Positions 1-12,312 of a stretch of 64,000 nucleotides of DNA are shown here, in pieces. Positions within the stretch are counted from its first letter, which is position 1. Each line of letters begins with the position of its first letter. The DNA is from Prorocentrum cordatum (lineage: Eukaryota): assembly GCA_963575745.1 (NCBI GenBank), contig CAUYUJ010000132.1, positions 1 through 64,000 on the forward strand, written 5' to 3'. The position numbers and the translations under genes were made by a program. The notes beneath the pieces were generated by a model. It ran no database searches. It saw only the letters and a program-made list of their open reading frames with translations, and was not told the origin of the DNA.

Positions 1-15
1 GATGATGATGATGAA

Positions 16-174
<159 letters not shown>

Positions 175-496
175 CACTTAGGGAATATTGATTGAAACAC
201 GGGAGAGCGCCGCAACTTTTGCCCTTCGTATTTCTTCGGCTCAGCACTTCTTTTGAGCGCCCATCCTCGGCCGGCAGCGCATGGACTATGTGCTGCAGCC
301 CAGGTATTCCGCGCGCGGCTCGCTGGTGTCAGCTCGCCGTCCTGTTGTGACCCACCGAGGGCATTCCACTACTCGTAAAATGCCTGTTCGCAGACTTCCG
401 AAAAACACACGTTCGCCTCGTTGTCATGGATCGTAAATCCCCCGTGGTGGATCCAGGCCGTTTGCGAGTAGTTACTCTGCGAGCAGTGGAGCGCGC

Positions 497-3400
497 TTGT
501 CGAGTGGCTGCACGCCCGCACACTCCGACGACGGGGTCCTCGAGCTGCTCCGCGAGCAGCTCCAGCGGTGCGGCCCGGAGAGGCTGCCTGCTTGCCCGCT
601 GGCGCCGCCGTCACCGCCAGAGGCGGCTTACCTGGGGGCTCGTGTGGCCCCTCGCCGCCGCCGTCGCGGCCGGCGGCCTCGCGGGGGGAAAGGCTTGTCG
701 CCCTGCGGCTCGCCAGCTGCGCTCGGCGGCTGCGCGGCTCGCAGCCGCTGGTGTCGCGGGTGGTGGCCGAGGGGGCGTGGGCCCCCCCAGCCAGCAGGGC
801 CGCGGGCGCGGAACCAGGCGCTGGCGCTCGAGGGGCGCCCAGGGCTTGACGTGGCCTCCGACGACCTCGCAGGCGAGGCTCGCGCGGCGCTGACTGCTGT
901 GCGGGCGCGCGCGGCTGCGCGTTGATGGCGCTCGCTCCTGGGGTATGGCTGTTCGTGGCTTGCGACAACCCAGGGGTGCAGGACCCGCTCTACCACGAAA
1001 AACTTATCACCGCCGTGGGAGTCAATGCGCAGTACTGCGTCTTCACTACTGACGGCGACCACTACCTCGAGTAGGTTTCCTCAGCTAATGCCGATTCTCT
1101 CGATATCCGATCGTTGGCTGGACCTGGAGCCGGGCCCGTCGGGATCAACGCCAATCGGATCTACAGATTCCGCCGCGTGCCCACGCTCGCGGAGCGTGCC
1201 CAGTACTTCAGGGACGGTACCCTCATCGCAGTGGTGGCCGTGCCGCCCGCCGCCGCAGCCGCTGCGCCCGCCGACGCGCCGCGGCCTGGCGCTGCGGCCC
1301 TGGCAGCTCTCGAGCGTGTGTGGGTGGTCGCCGAAGATGCAGCAGGGCGGGTGCGAGGTAATATCATCGCGGACATGGGGGGCGCTCCTACCATCTTCGG
1401 GGACATGGCACTTGTCGAGTTGGCCCAGGGTACATCGCGGACGAGGTCGCGAGATATACCAACGACGACCTTCGCATCTTTCCGGTCGCCTTCAACATTC
1501 GAGGCAACCGTCGCCGCCCCCTTGCCGATGCCGATGGCTTCGGGCCGGAGGGTCTGCGGCGTTGGCGCGGCGGCAGCATCGAACCTCAGCCATCGCGACG
1601 CGTGGTTTCGCACTTGCCGTCCGGCGACAGGTCGGTGCCCGCGCATCGCGTTCTGTGTGTCCTGCTGCACGTGATGCTGGTCGTCGACCAGCTCAACGCG
1701 AGCTGCTTGCAATCGGGCGAGCTTATCGCCAGGAGGCCCCAGCTGATTGAGGGCGCTCGCCGAGCCAGCCCGTTTTCATCAGACTACGGATCGCCGGACC
1801 ACTACGTGGGGCGTGCTTATCGGGCAGGAGGTGTCACTGACGCGCCTGGCCTCAGGCGCTACGTCGCGGACAGGCCAAGGGCGAGGTCGAGGTGGCCAAG
1901 GGGCAGCGGAAGGCTCGCGAGGGGCCCCGCCTGCTCCGAGGCAGCTCCAGCCCCGCGGGCCGAGGAGAGGGGGGGCGGGCGCCGAGGGCGCCGCCCGGGG
2001 CTGGGCGACTTCGATTCCGCGGGGGGGGGGGCTGGCCGACCCCTCACGCGTGTCCCAGGCCCTGCTCACGGTGTGGTTGTGCGCCTGGGCGCCAGTGTTT
2101 GACGGGCGCCAGCGAGAATTGCCCCCCTGGCCGCTGGTCGAGGGGCGCCTTGCCGTTGCCGCGAGTCCCCTGGGCCGGGGGCGCGCGCTGGCCAGCGTCC
2201 GATGGGGGGGGCTGCGCCGTCGATCAGGCAGTCAGCGCCTTGGGGGAGCTCTACCGTGCACCTGAGGGCTCAGCGAGCACTGCGCTTGGTGGCCACCACG
2301 AAGCGCATCGCCCGCTTCGCCTCGCCGCTCGACTGAGCCCCCGTGTAGCGATGTATACTTTTCCCAAGCAGCCGCGGGGGGGCTGCTGAGGTTCCGCTCC
2401 TCCTGCGATGAGAGTGCCGCGTGCCGGGTGCGGGCCTGCGACCGGTCGCTCGTCGATTTCCCGAGGCCAAGCTGGGCGCCGCCAGCCCTCGCTGACGTGG
2501 CTGGCCATGTCGGGCGCGAGACGTTGAAGGATTGGATGAATCCTGCGATGCCGGGCCGGGGCGAGTGGGGCCAGGTGGTCGAGAGTTCGCCTCCAGTGAC
2601 GCGCGTGGAGCCGCGCGAAGGGCCCCTCGCTCTACCGGGCCTTCGTCGGGGGCGCGCGCGCCGCGGGGGCCGTCGGCTTCGCCGCGGGGCCCGCGGACTG
2701 AGCGCCCCCCTTCGCTGGCAAGAAATCAGGTCAGCTGCGGGTTTGGCTCTCGACGGGAGAGCCCCGAATCGGCGGTTCCTAAAGCGCCCCCCCTCCTGGC
2801 CGCGGGGGCGGGGGCGTCGTTGGGCAGGCCGGGGCTTGAGGGGCCAGGCGTGCGCGCCCTCCAGGAGACGCCTGGCGCTCGCGAGGAGCTCTTCGTCAGT
2901 GGCCTCAGCGCGAGGAACTGCATCTATGCGCTGGGGAATTATCTCCAGCTGATGCCCTTCTACAGCTTGCCCGACGTCCTGGCCGAGTTCACCGAGGGCT
3001 TCGGGGGGCCGCTGGTCGGGGCGCTCCAGCGCTCGACTGGGTCTGGTCGACGCTGAGAGTGGCCTCCATTGGCTGGGGCTGGGCCTTCTGCCTGGCCGAA
3101 CGTGTTGCCTCGCGGCGAGTCCAGGTCGCCTTCGGCGTCGGGCCGTCCGTGCTGCTCCGCGACCGCGGCCTGGCCCCCGACATCTGACGGGGGGCTCGCC
3201 GTTCTTGGCTACTGCCATTGCGTCGGCGCGGCTTCGACCTCCGGGAGTGACTGGCCAGCTGCGTCGCAAGATCGAGGTGCAGCTCGTCGAGGACGGCGTC
3301 GAGGTCCACGGGGCCACTGTCGCGTCCACTTCCGCCGTCATGTTCGGCAGGGAGATCGATGGCAGTCCTGAGACGGCGCAGCTACCTCCCCAAAGGCCTG

Positions 3401-4010
3401 CCCGACTGGGGGCAGCTAGCTGACGGGTGGTGCGAGGGGCGTCCGAGAGCGTCGGCCCATCGGATCGAGATCGTCGTCGGGCACTGCGTCGACGCCGCCG
3501 TGCTGAACCCTTGCCTCGTGTCCGTGTGCTGCAGGTGCTGCGTCTTCGCCGCCGCCGCCGTCTGCAGCCCTGCCGAGCACTGGGCTGCTGTGGCGTGGGT
3601 GCTCTCGATCGGTCTTTTGCAGGTTGCTCTTCGCGTCCGCCTGGGACGTGCGGGGGCCGCCCTGCAGCGCCGCTGGCGCGTGCGACTCGGGCCCGACTGG
3701 AGCGGCGGTGGTCGCTGCAGAGATGTCCTGCGAGGTCGCGTGGAAGAGATGGTGCAGGTCGGGGGGCGCTCGCGCTCCCGGGGTCGTGGCGGCGTCCTGG
3801 CTCCCCGCCTCTCCGCCGTCGGCCCTCCCGGTGTTTTTTCTCGGGCCCGAGGGCCGCCCCCCCTTCGAAAGTTCAGATGGGGGGGGCGAGGGCGCCTTGG
3901 TCCCCAATCCTTCTTTCGAGGAAGTGCCCGAGGAGCGGGCGGCGTGGGCCTCGTGGCAGACGTGCGTGGCCCTGCCGTTGGCGGGGGTTGAGCGGATCGC
4001 CGCCCGCTCT
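497..4010 (+). mobile_element. Degenerate retrotransposon, probably DIRS/tyrosine-recombinase class: ORF1-like region, RT and RNase H remnants, 3' truncated; copy A
   Basis: Frameshifted motifs occur in RT/RNase H order: FAGKKSGQLR (2711) then LDGRAPNRRF; LFVSGLSARNCIY (motif A remnant); LRVASIGWGWAFCLAE (3053, LPMGxxW-like); GYCHCVG (3207, decayed YxD[DN]); IEIVVGH; ACDSGPTG (3678, RNase H DAS-like). The upstream ORF from ATG 925 has an in-frame TAG at 1072 and later reads DQLNASCLQSGELIARR. No recombinase is visible. Confidence 0.68.
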
Positions 4011-5204
4011 GCGTGGATCTTTCGAGAAAGGGTCCTCGGCGTCTGATTTTTTCCGATGTGTATCATCGTTCGCCGCAGGCAGGGGTGCGAGTTTCGTTGT
4101 GTTCACCTCCTGCGGGAGGGTGGCGTTCCTGTCCGCCTCCTCGGGCTCAGCTTTTCTGCGCCGCTGGGCGCGTTCTGAGAGGGGTCGTGCCGGGGCGGGG
4201 TCGCGCCTCTGGTGAGCTGCTGCCGGCGAGGAGCCCAGCCGTCCGACCGGGCTCGGCCGCGGCCCCGCCGAGGCGTGGCCGCCGGGCCACGGCGCCGCCG
4301 AGGCCCTGGGGGCGGCGTTCGGGCGGGGCGCAGGGCCGAGGTCGGGGGCCGCCGCTGTCGCGGCCTTCTGGAGGCCAGCCGGCTCGATCAGCAAGGCCAT
4401 CAGGGGCGACTGCGACAGGGGGCTGAGCGAGTTCCAGACATGTGCGTCGAAGGGGTCGCTTGAGTTGTCCAGGTTGGCCCGTGCCGACGCGGCGTTGGCC
4501 GCGTGCGCCGACGAGCTCAGTGCGGCACCGCTTTCAGAAGAATGGCGGGGGCCCTGGCCGTCGACGTGGGTGTCCTCAGAACTCGTCACGTGCGAGCCAT
4601 GCTCGAGGAATGCCTGCGGATCCGCCTCGTGCACGCTCGCTGACCGTCCTCGCGAAGAGGTCCGGGTCGAGGTGCCTCGGGTATGGTTTTGGCCGGATCC
4701 TCCCAGATGTATTGATTCAGCGTCTGTCGTTCAGAGTGCTACCAGGTCGCCCAGTGACACAGTCCATTCCTTCTTCAGAAGTGGGATAGGATGCCCGTCT
4801 ACGAGCCCGAGGCATTAATCTGTCAGATTCCTGCCCGAGGGTGCCCAGGAGTTCTGGCCTCCCATGGGCGGGCCCCCGCGTCGACGCTCTGGCGCGCCAT
4901 GCATGGCGCGTGCGGCCCGTCGCGTAAAGGGGTTCTCATATCATGATGCAGCTTTATCGGATATTCGTCGAATCGCGGGGGAGTGCCGCAACCCTTGCTC
5001 TTGACAGTTCTCGAGTTCCTTCCTTCCCCCCCCCCGCCTTCCCCGGTGGAGCTGTCTGCGGGCGCGGGCCTCTGATCTTTCGGCCCCTTGCCCGAGGTCG
5101 CCCAATAATTCTGGCCTCTCAGCAAGGCCCCCCCCGCTCGACGCTCTGGCGCTGCATGCGTGACTGTGCAGCCTGGCGCGGAAAGAATGCTTTCTATTCT
5201 GTTG

Positions 5205-6463
<1,259 letters not shown>

Positions 6464-6584
6464 GCGCATCTGATTTGCAAAATGACGAGGACGATTCCGA
6501 GTACGACTGCAACCGTCGCATGCTAGATCTGCCGCTACCCCCGAAATGCCACGAGGAGAGAATACGGGGAACCACAGGCGGACG

Positions 6585-7570
6585 AGGAAGATGAGGAAGA
6601 GGAGAAGGAGGAGGAGGAGGAGGAGGAGGAGAGGAGAAGGAGGAGGAGGAGGAGGAGGAGGAGGGAGGGAGGAGGAGGAGGAGGAGGAGGAGGAGGAGGA
6701 GGAGGAGGAGGAGGAGGAGGAGGAGGAGGAGGAGGAGGAGGAGGAGGAGGAGGAGGGGAGAGGAGGAGGAGGAGGGAGGAGGAGGAGGAGGAGGAGGAGG
6801 AGGAGGAGGGAGGAGGAGGAGGAGGGGAGGAGGAGGAAGAGGAGGAGGAGGAGGAGGAGGAGGAGGAGGAGGAGGAGGAGGAGGAGGAGAGGAGGAGGAG
6901 GAGGAGGAGGAGGAGGAGGAGGTGAGGAGGAGGAGGAGGAGGAGGAGGAGGAGGAGGAGGAGGAGGAGGATGGAGGAGGAGGAGGAGGAGGCGGAGGAGG
7001 AGGCGGAGGAGGAGGAGGAGGAGGAGGAGGAGGGCGGGGGAGGGGGAGGAGGGGGGGAGGAGGAGGAGGAGGAGGAGGAGGAGGAGGAGGAGGAGGAGGA
7101 GGAGGAGGAGGAGGAGGGGAGGAGGAGGAGGGAGGAGGAGGAGGAGGAGGAGGAGGAGGAGGAGGGAGGAGGAGGAGGAGGAGGAGGAGGAGGAGGAGGA
7201 GGAGGAAGGAGGAGGAGGGGAGGAGGAGGAGGAGGAGGAGGAGGAGGAGGAGGAGGGAGGAGGAGGAGGAGGAGGAGGAGGGTAGGAGGAGGAGGAGGAG
7301 GAGGAGGAGGAGGAGGAGGAGGAGGAGGAGGAGGAGGAGGAGGAGGAGGAGGAGGAGCAGGGGAGGAGGAGGCGGAGGAGGAGGAGGAGGAGGAGGAGTA
7401 GGAGGAGGAGGACGAGGGAGATGATGAGGAGGAGGAGGAGGAGGAAGAGAAACAAGAGGAGGAGGATGAGGAGGAAGAACAAGAAGAGGAGGAGGAGGAG
7501 GGAAAGGAGGAGGAGGACAAGGAGGAGGAGGAGGAGGACGAGGAGGAGGAGGAGGAGGAGGAGGAGGAAT
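6585..7570. repeat. (GAG)n purine tract; also ~24962-25708, ~42957-43631, 59580-59725, 61722-62040, and (CCT)n at 57437-57690
   Basis: Directly visible. Confidence 0.95.
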
Positions 7571-7914
7571 AGGACCAGTGTACAGCCAAGAGGCATCAAC
7601 GATGGTGGAATCGACCCTTCCTCTCAATTCCCTCTTCATAAGCCCCTTACAGCGTTTCATTTCCATTGAAGGAACTGCCTCGTTGGAAGGCAACCGTTTG
7701 AAGATCTTGATACATGTCAAAACATTGTTCTTGGGGCTTCCACGCCACGGATCAACTTGACTGCTGCGTCGTGACGATCTGGAATCGTGCCAGAAGGCCA
7801 TTTTTGGAAGTTCGACACCGCGAGCCAACATTACTGTTGCACCCGCATAGTCCTGAATCCTTTTGAAACACCATGTCTGGTACGTTGATCTCGGGAACCC
7901 GTGACACTCTTGCA

Positions 7915-8425
7915 AATTAAAAAACGAATATGCGCGGCGCTGAGGCGAGAACCACATTTTGAAAAGGCACCGGCCTCAATCCGTGCAGCTCGTGAGACAT
8001 TTATCAAACGAATTTGCGCGGCGATAAGGCGAGAAATATTTGTTGAAAACGACTCGCCCCCAATCCGTGAATTTGTTATTGCAATGTTTAAAACGAATGT
8101 GCGCGGCGCCAAGACTAGAGCCACGTTTTGAAAACGCGGCGCTAAGGCGAGAGCCACATTTTGAAAACCACCCGCCCTCAATCCGTGAAGCTCTTGCAAT
8201 TTTTCAAACGAATGTTCGCGGCGCTAAGGCGAGAGCCGCATTTTGAAAACGAGCCGCCCTCATCCGTGAATCTCTAGTAAATGTTTAAAACGAATGTGGC
8301 GCTAAGGCGAGAGCCACATAAAAAACCACCCGCCTTCATTCCGTGGATCTCTTGTGCGAAGTTTTGCAACGAATGTGCGCGGCGCTAAAGGGAGAGCCAC
8401 ATGTTGAAAGCGACCCGCCCTCATC
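7915..8425. repeat. Degenerate ~82-bp minisatellite, about 6 units, upstream of the gene; also ~26045-26555 and ~43970-44480
   Basis: AAACGAATGTGCGCGGCGCTAAGGCGAGAGCCACATTTTGAAAA..CCGCCCTCAATCCGTGAA recurs at about 7922, 8006, 8091, 8206, 8288 and 8368. A related fragment lies at ~54510-54610. Confidence 0.85.
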
Positions 8426-8707
8426 AGCGAAACAGTTGCCATGTTTTAATCTTCAGAGTGATACATGTAATAAATGGTAAGTCTCAGGCGAATCGCCGCC
8501 TGGCCCGCCCTAAAAACGGCGCCAGGAGAGGGGGGGCTCCTCCTCCTCCTCCTCGTTCTCTTCTTGCGCCTCCTCCTCCTCCTCCTTCTCCTCCTTTGGG
8601 TCCTTAGAAGTCTGGCAGAAGCCCTGTTAGACAGCACTTGGCATTCTACCACGCCTCCAAGGTGCCACTGGGCTCGGAGGCGGATTCCCACAATCAGTGT
8701 CAGCTCA

Positions 8708-10285
8708 ATGGGACCGTCCCTCCAGATCTTCGTCGTTCTTGTTCTGGGTGTGCGATCAGAGGTGCTGAATTTTGCCCCAGAGATGGACGGATCGTTCGAA
8801 TTCAACGATGCTGTAACGTCTGACATCGGTACTGCCATGATGACCACAAACGACGGTATCGTGTGCTATTCCGACTGGGCAAATCCCCCTGGAGAGAGAG
8901 CAGTGTGCAACGCTTTCGACGCCTCCACTGGTGACGTTGGCCCAGACTGCAACTTGACCGCTTATCTCGTGAAGGGCCAGAGGTTCACGGTCACCCGCTT
9001 CTCCGACGAGCTGGCCATAGTATGCTTCACGGCCTTCGGAGAGTACGAGATCGGGGGGCCGTCGTATTGCCACAAGCTGACCCTGAACACGGCCGACATG
9101 ACTCTGACCGCCGGACCAGGCCTGGTAGTCAAGCCGGAGGCGACATTCATGTATTATCTGACCATCGCCAGCTTCACTGAGACCTTCGGGGTGGTGTGCT
9201 ACCAGGACACCTCGGACGTGTTCGAACCGAAGGAGAGGAAAGCCAGGTGCAACGTCCTTGGCTTCGAATCTGGAAGTGACAGTCTCACTAAGAGCGAGGC
9301 TTTCGAGGCGGACTCAGTGGCGGTTGACGTTGTCGGTGTGTCGCTCACTAAGTTCTCAAGCTCGACGGGCGTTTTGTGTTTCACCGAGAAGACAGATGAA
9401 AGGGCATACTGCACGCTTTTGACTGTCAGTGACACGGACATCAGTGTGCCTGGCCCAAATGACGTTGCCATCTTCGAAGGTGTCCCTAGCATACTGGACA
9501 GGGCGCAGGTGTCCGTAGTCAGCTTGGACGAGACCACAGGACTGGTGTGCTACGTCGTCGGAGATGCATCTGCTGGCAACAGTGCCTCATACGAGATCAC
9601 GTGCACCCCCGTTGGCTTGGTCAATGGGACTGTGGTCACGGTTGGCGACGACATCGTGGTAGACAGCGACGCCACTTTCGACATGTCGGTCACCGCCATG
9701 TCCGAGACTGCCGCCATCGTGTGTTACCTGAAGGGTGACGAGAGGATCGGCACCTGCAAGGGGCTGGTCCTCAGCCACGGCAGGGAACTGAGCATGGGCG
9801 ACGCGAGGGACATCGCCGGCACCAGCGGGTTCAAAGCCTACAGTGACGAGAACATCCGGGTCTGCGACGACAACCCCTGCGTCGAGTTCGTCTCGCTCAC
9901 GCGCAGGAACGACGTCGACGCCATCGTGTGCTACGCGGGCATCGACGACAACCCCAACGGGCGATGCACGAAGCTCTTCGTGCCGGCGCCCACCACCACC
10001 GCCACCGCGACCACGACGAGCGCGACGAGCAGCACGACCCCGCACACCACTACGGAGTCCAGTACCACGACCGCCACGCAGACGAGCACGCTCAGCACCA
10101 CCACCACCGCCACCGAGACCACGTCCACGGGGACCAAGACTACAGTGACCACCACCCCGCACACCACCACGGAGACGACACCGACGTCGACGACCGCCAC
10201 CGAAGCGGAGGATTCCGCCGGGCGCGGCTCTTCCCTTGCCCCCCTGACGCTGCTTGCGGCCCTCGCGGCAGCAGCTGCACGGTGA
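8708..10285 (+). CDS. Predicted secreted, GPI-anchored surface protein (525 aa): signal peptide, 7 Cys-paired repeats (putative beta-propeller), Thr-rich stalk; copy A
   Basis: Uninterrupted 1578-bp ORF with normal amino-acid composition. N-terminus MGPSLQIFVVLVLGVRS. Seven repeats of [AG]-[IVL]-[VL]-C-[YF]-x(10-17)-C. About 70 aa of Thr-rich sequence, then a small-residue site and hydrophobic tail (EDSAGRGSSLAPLTLLAALAAAAAR). The ATG at 8708 is the start shared by all three copies. Confidence 0.9.
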   Translation: MGPSLQIFVVLVLGVRSEVLNFAPEMDGSFEFNDAVTSDIGTAMMTTNDGIVCYSDWANPPGERAVCNAFDASTGDVGPDCNLTAYLVKGQRFTVTRFSDELAIVCFTAFGEYEIGGPSYCHKLTLNTADMTLTAGPGLVVKPEATFMYYLTIASFTETFGVVCYQDTSDVFEPKERKARCNVLGFESGSDSLTKSEAFEADSVAVDVVGVSLTKFSSSTGVLCFTEKTDERAYCTLLTVSDTDISVPGPNDVAIFEGVPSILDRAQVSVVSLDETTGLVCYVVGDASAGNSASYEITCTPVGLVNGTVVTVGDDIVVDSDATFDMSVTAMSETAAIVCYLKGDERIGTCKGLVLSHGRELSMGDARDIAGTSGFKAYSDENIRVCDDNPCVEFVSLTRRNDVDAIVCYAGIDDNPNGRCTKLFVPAPTTTATATTTSATSSTTPHTTTESSTTTATQTSTLSTTTTATETTSTGTKTTVTTTPHTTTETTPTSTTATEAEDSAGRGSSLAPLTLLAALAAAAAR

Positions 10286-10917
10286 TCCCTCCGAGGGTAC
10301 CTGACGCGACAGCAGTGCTGCACATCTTCCTCCCTGTCGTGACGGCAGTGCAGTCCATCTTCTTAGCTCTGGCGGAGCGGGCGCAGGCAGCAAAAGACCC
10401 TGCGATCTCAAATGGTAATCATTTGCCTGCTCACCCAGAGACCGCGCAGAAGTTGCGGGCGAACCACAACCATCATGATCGCCATCACCACCATCATCGT
10501 CTCGAGCAAGAAGCAACGGCATACAGTAGTTAACCTTCGGAGGTCCACGCAGATTTCTTCGATCGGCGCTGGACACCCTTTCTGGCGCGATGAGCGCCAG
10601 GGGCGGCGCCAGAGGCGCCCCCACTGGTCCAGTGTCGACCTAAGAGATCCGCGAAGCCCTCCGACACGTCATGTTTTCAGACTTTGTTGTCCTTCTTCTA
10701 CTTCAGGCAAGACGCTCACATAAGGACCACTTTTGGGCTTCCCAAAGCCATAGGATTCCCGAGGGAATCCTAAAGAATTCCTGGAGTTGGGGAAATCCTG
10801 CGGACCAGGTTGGTGCTTCGCCGACCAGCACCCAGGCCAGAGCCTCTGCGCTCAGGAATTCCTTCGCAAATCCAGAGGACTTTTTCGGACGGTTGGCTCA
10901 CAATCATTGAATTTCAA

Positions 10918-11086
10918 TACAGTGGAGACCCATGCCAAGAAACACCCTCCTTGCCTCCACAGAGCCGGGTTTCGGTGGTTTGGCCATGGAAGGCGTGGCG
11001 TTCCCACACCAAACATCGATGGACGCCCTGGGGTCTCAGGGTTGGGTTTCTTGTAGAAGGTTTATTGTGGTCGGGCCCCCACTATA
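10918..11086. mobile_element. Tc1/mariner-type MITE (TA-CAGT ends); also 29064-29232 and 46988-47156
   Basis: Begins TACAGTGGAGACCCATGCCAAGAAAC and ends GGGCCCCCACTATA. Homologous to 11917-12094. Confidence 0.6.
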
Positions 11087-11308
11087 TGCTCTTGGCGGCT
11101 TCATGTCAAAACTGCTGTTAGAAAGATCTTTTTTAACCCTGACGTCGAGATCCGCGTGAGGGTTTTTGGTCTTCGGGCTGTTCCTCAGCTCTAGGCCGGC
11201 ACCTCTTCGGGGCAGACGGTCAGCCGTTGGCCAGAAACGGCCCCTCGTGCTCATCATAGCGCGCTGACTGTATCATCGCCACCACCATCAGAGTGCTCCT
11301 CTCGTCGC

Positions 11309-11505
11309 AGGCCTAGAGGTTGACACCAACACCAACATCGGCGGTGTGCCTCCACCGAGGGAAGAAGATCCCGATCTCGGTGATGGTGGTAATATTCTGG
11401 CTTCCAAGGTGGCCGAAATATTACCACCAACACCGAAATTTAGGATCATCTTCCCCCTGTGGAGGCAACCCCCTGTGTTGGTGTTGGTGCCCATTTCCAG
11501 GCCTC
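11309..11505. mobile_element. ~200-bp imperfect palindrome (MITE-like); also 29455-29651 and 47379-47575
   Basis: Arms of ~90 bp: AGGCCT..CACCAACACCAACA..GCCTCCAC..TGGTGGTAATATT versus AATATTACCACCA..GTGGAGGC..TGTTGGTGTTGGTG..AGGCCT. Confidence 0.75.
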
Positions 11506-11916
11506 GAATCTCGATACGATCGAACCGATTCGATATCGATTCCGGCCCGCCCGATCCGACTCGATTCCACACTCAGACGGTCCGATGTGGCCCGATGCTC
11601 GCATTGGAATCGTTGTGCATCCTGGCGCGGCCGACCCGATTCGATTCTGGCTCTCCTCCTCATCCTCCTCCTCCTCCTCCTCCGCCTCCTCCTCCTCCTC
11701 CGCCACCTCCTCTTTCCCGAGGCGGCCCGATTCGGTGAGCATTCCGATCCGATCTTGTTGACCGATTCGATGCCAACTGATCCTGCCATCGCCATCGTCA
11801 GCATCTCGGCTCGCGGATCTTCAAACCCCGGCCGCCTTCGCTCTTTCTTCACCGAGCGCGTTCCGCTATCCGCAAAGTGCCTGCTCGCAAACGCCAGACA
11901 AAGATACGTCTTCCTC

Positions 11917-12094
11917 TACAGTGGAGGCCCATGCCAAGAAACACCCTGCCTGCCTCCAGGGTGCCCTAGGTTTCTTTGGTTTCATTTGCTTTGCTATGGA
12001 AAGCGCGACGTGCCCACACCAGAAATCAAAAACGCCCTGGGGTCTCAGGGTTGGGTTTCTTGTGGAGGTTTCTTGTGGTTGGGCCCCTACTGTA
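11917..12094. mobile_element. Tc1/mariner-type MITE of the same family; also 30063-30240 and 47984-48161
   Basis: Imperfect TIRs of ~27 bp: TACAGTGGAGGCCCATGCCAAGAAAC ... GTTTCTTGTGGTTGGGCCCCTACTGTA, with TA at both ends. Confidence 0.68.
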
Positions 12095-12232
12095 TGTAAT
12101 GGATCGTAATGGATCGTAGATCCCACGCGGCGGATCCAGCCCCTTGACCAGTAGTGGCTTCGCGAGTACTGCTGGAAAGAGCTTGTCTACTGGAGCGGCC
12201 TTACGGTCGGTGCCGCCGGCCCCCCTGAACGA

Positions 12233-12312
<80 letters not shown>

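Noticed and set aside
3873..5150. Minus-strand 253-aa ORF and neighbours as the missing tyrosine recombinase
   Set aside because: No R-H-R-H-Y catalytic pattern and low-complexity Ala/Pro composition. Left unassigned.
7796..7812. Other spliced-leader-like words: GCCATTTTTGGAAG here, TTTGCTCAAG ~17737, TTTGGCTCGAG ~62550 and CAGCTCAATG at the gene start
   Set aside because: The matches are too short or gapped to exceed chance.
7578..7900. Minus-strand stop-free stretch ending IVDASW as a Copia/RNase H fragment
   Set aside because: A single short motif with no supporting context.
8474..8707. 78-aa N-terminal extension of the gene (603-aa ORF in unit A)
   Set aside because: It runs through a (CCT)n microsatellite and is frameshifted in units B and C. 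ATG 8708 gives a signal peptide and is shared by all copies.
9587..10624. 345-aa antisense ORF and other ORFs overlapping the gene
   Set aside because: These are shadow ORFs caused by high GC3 and the Thr-codon repeats of the real CDS.
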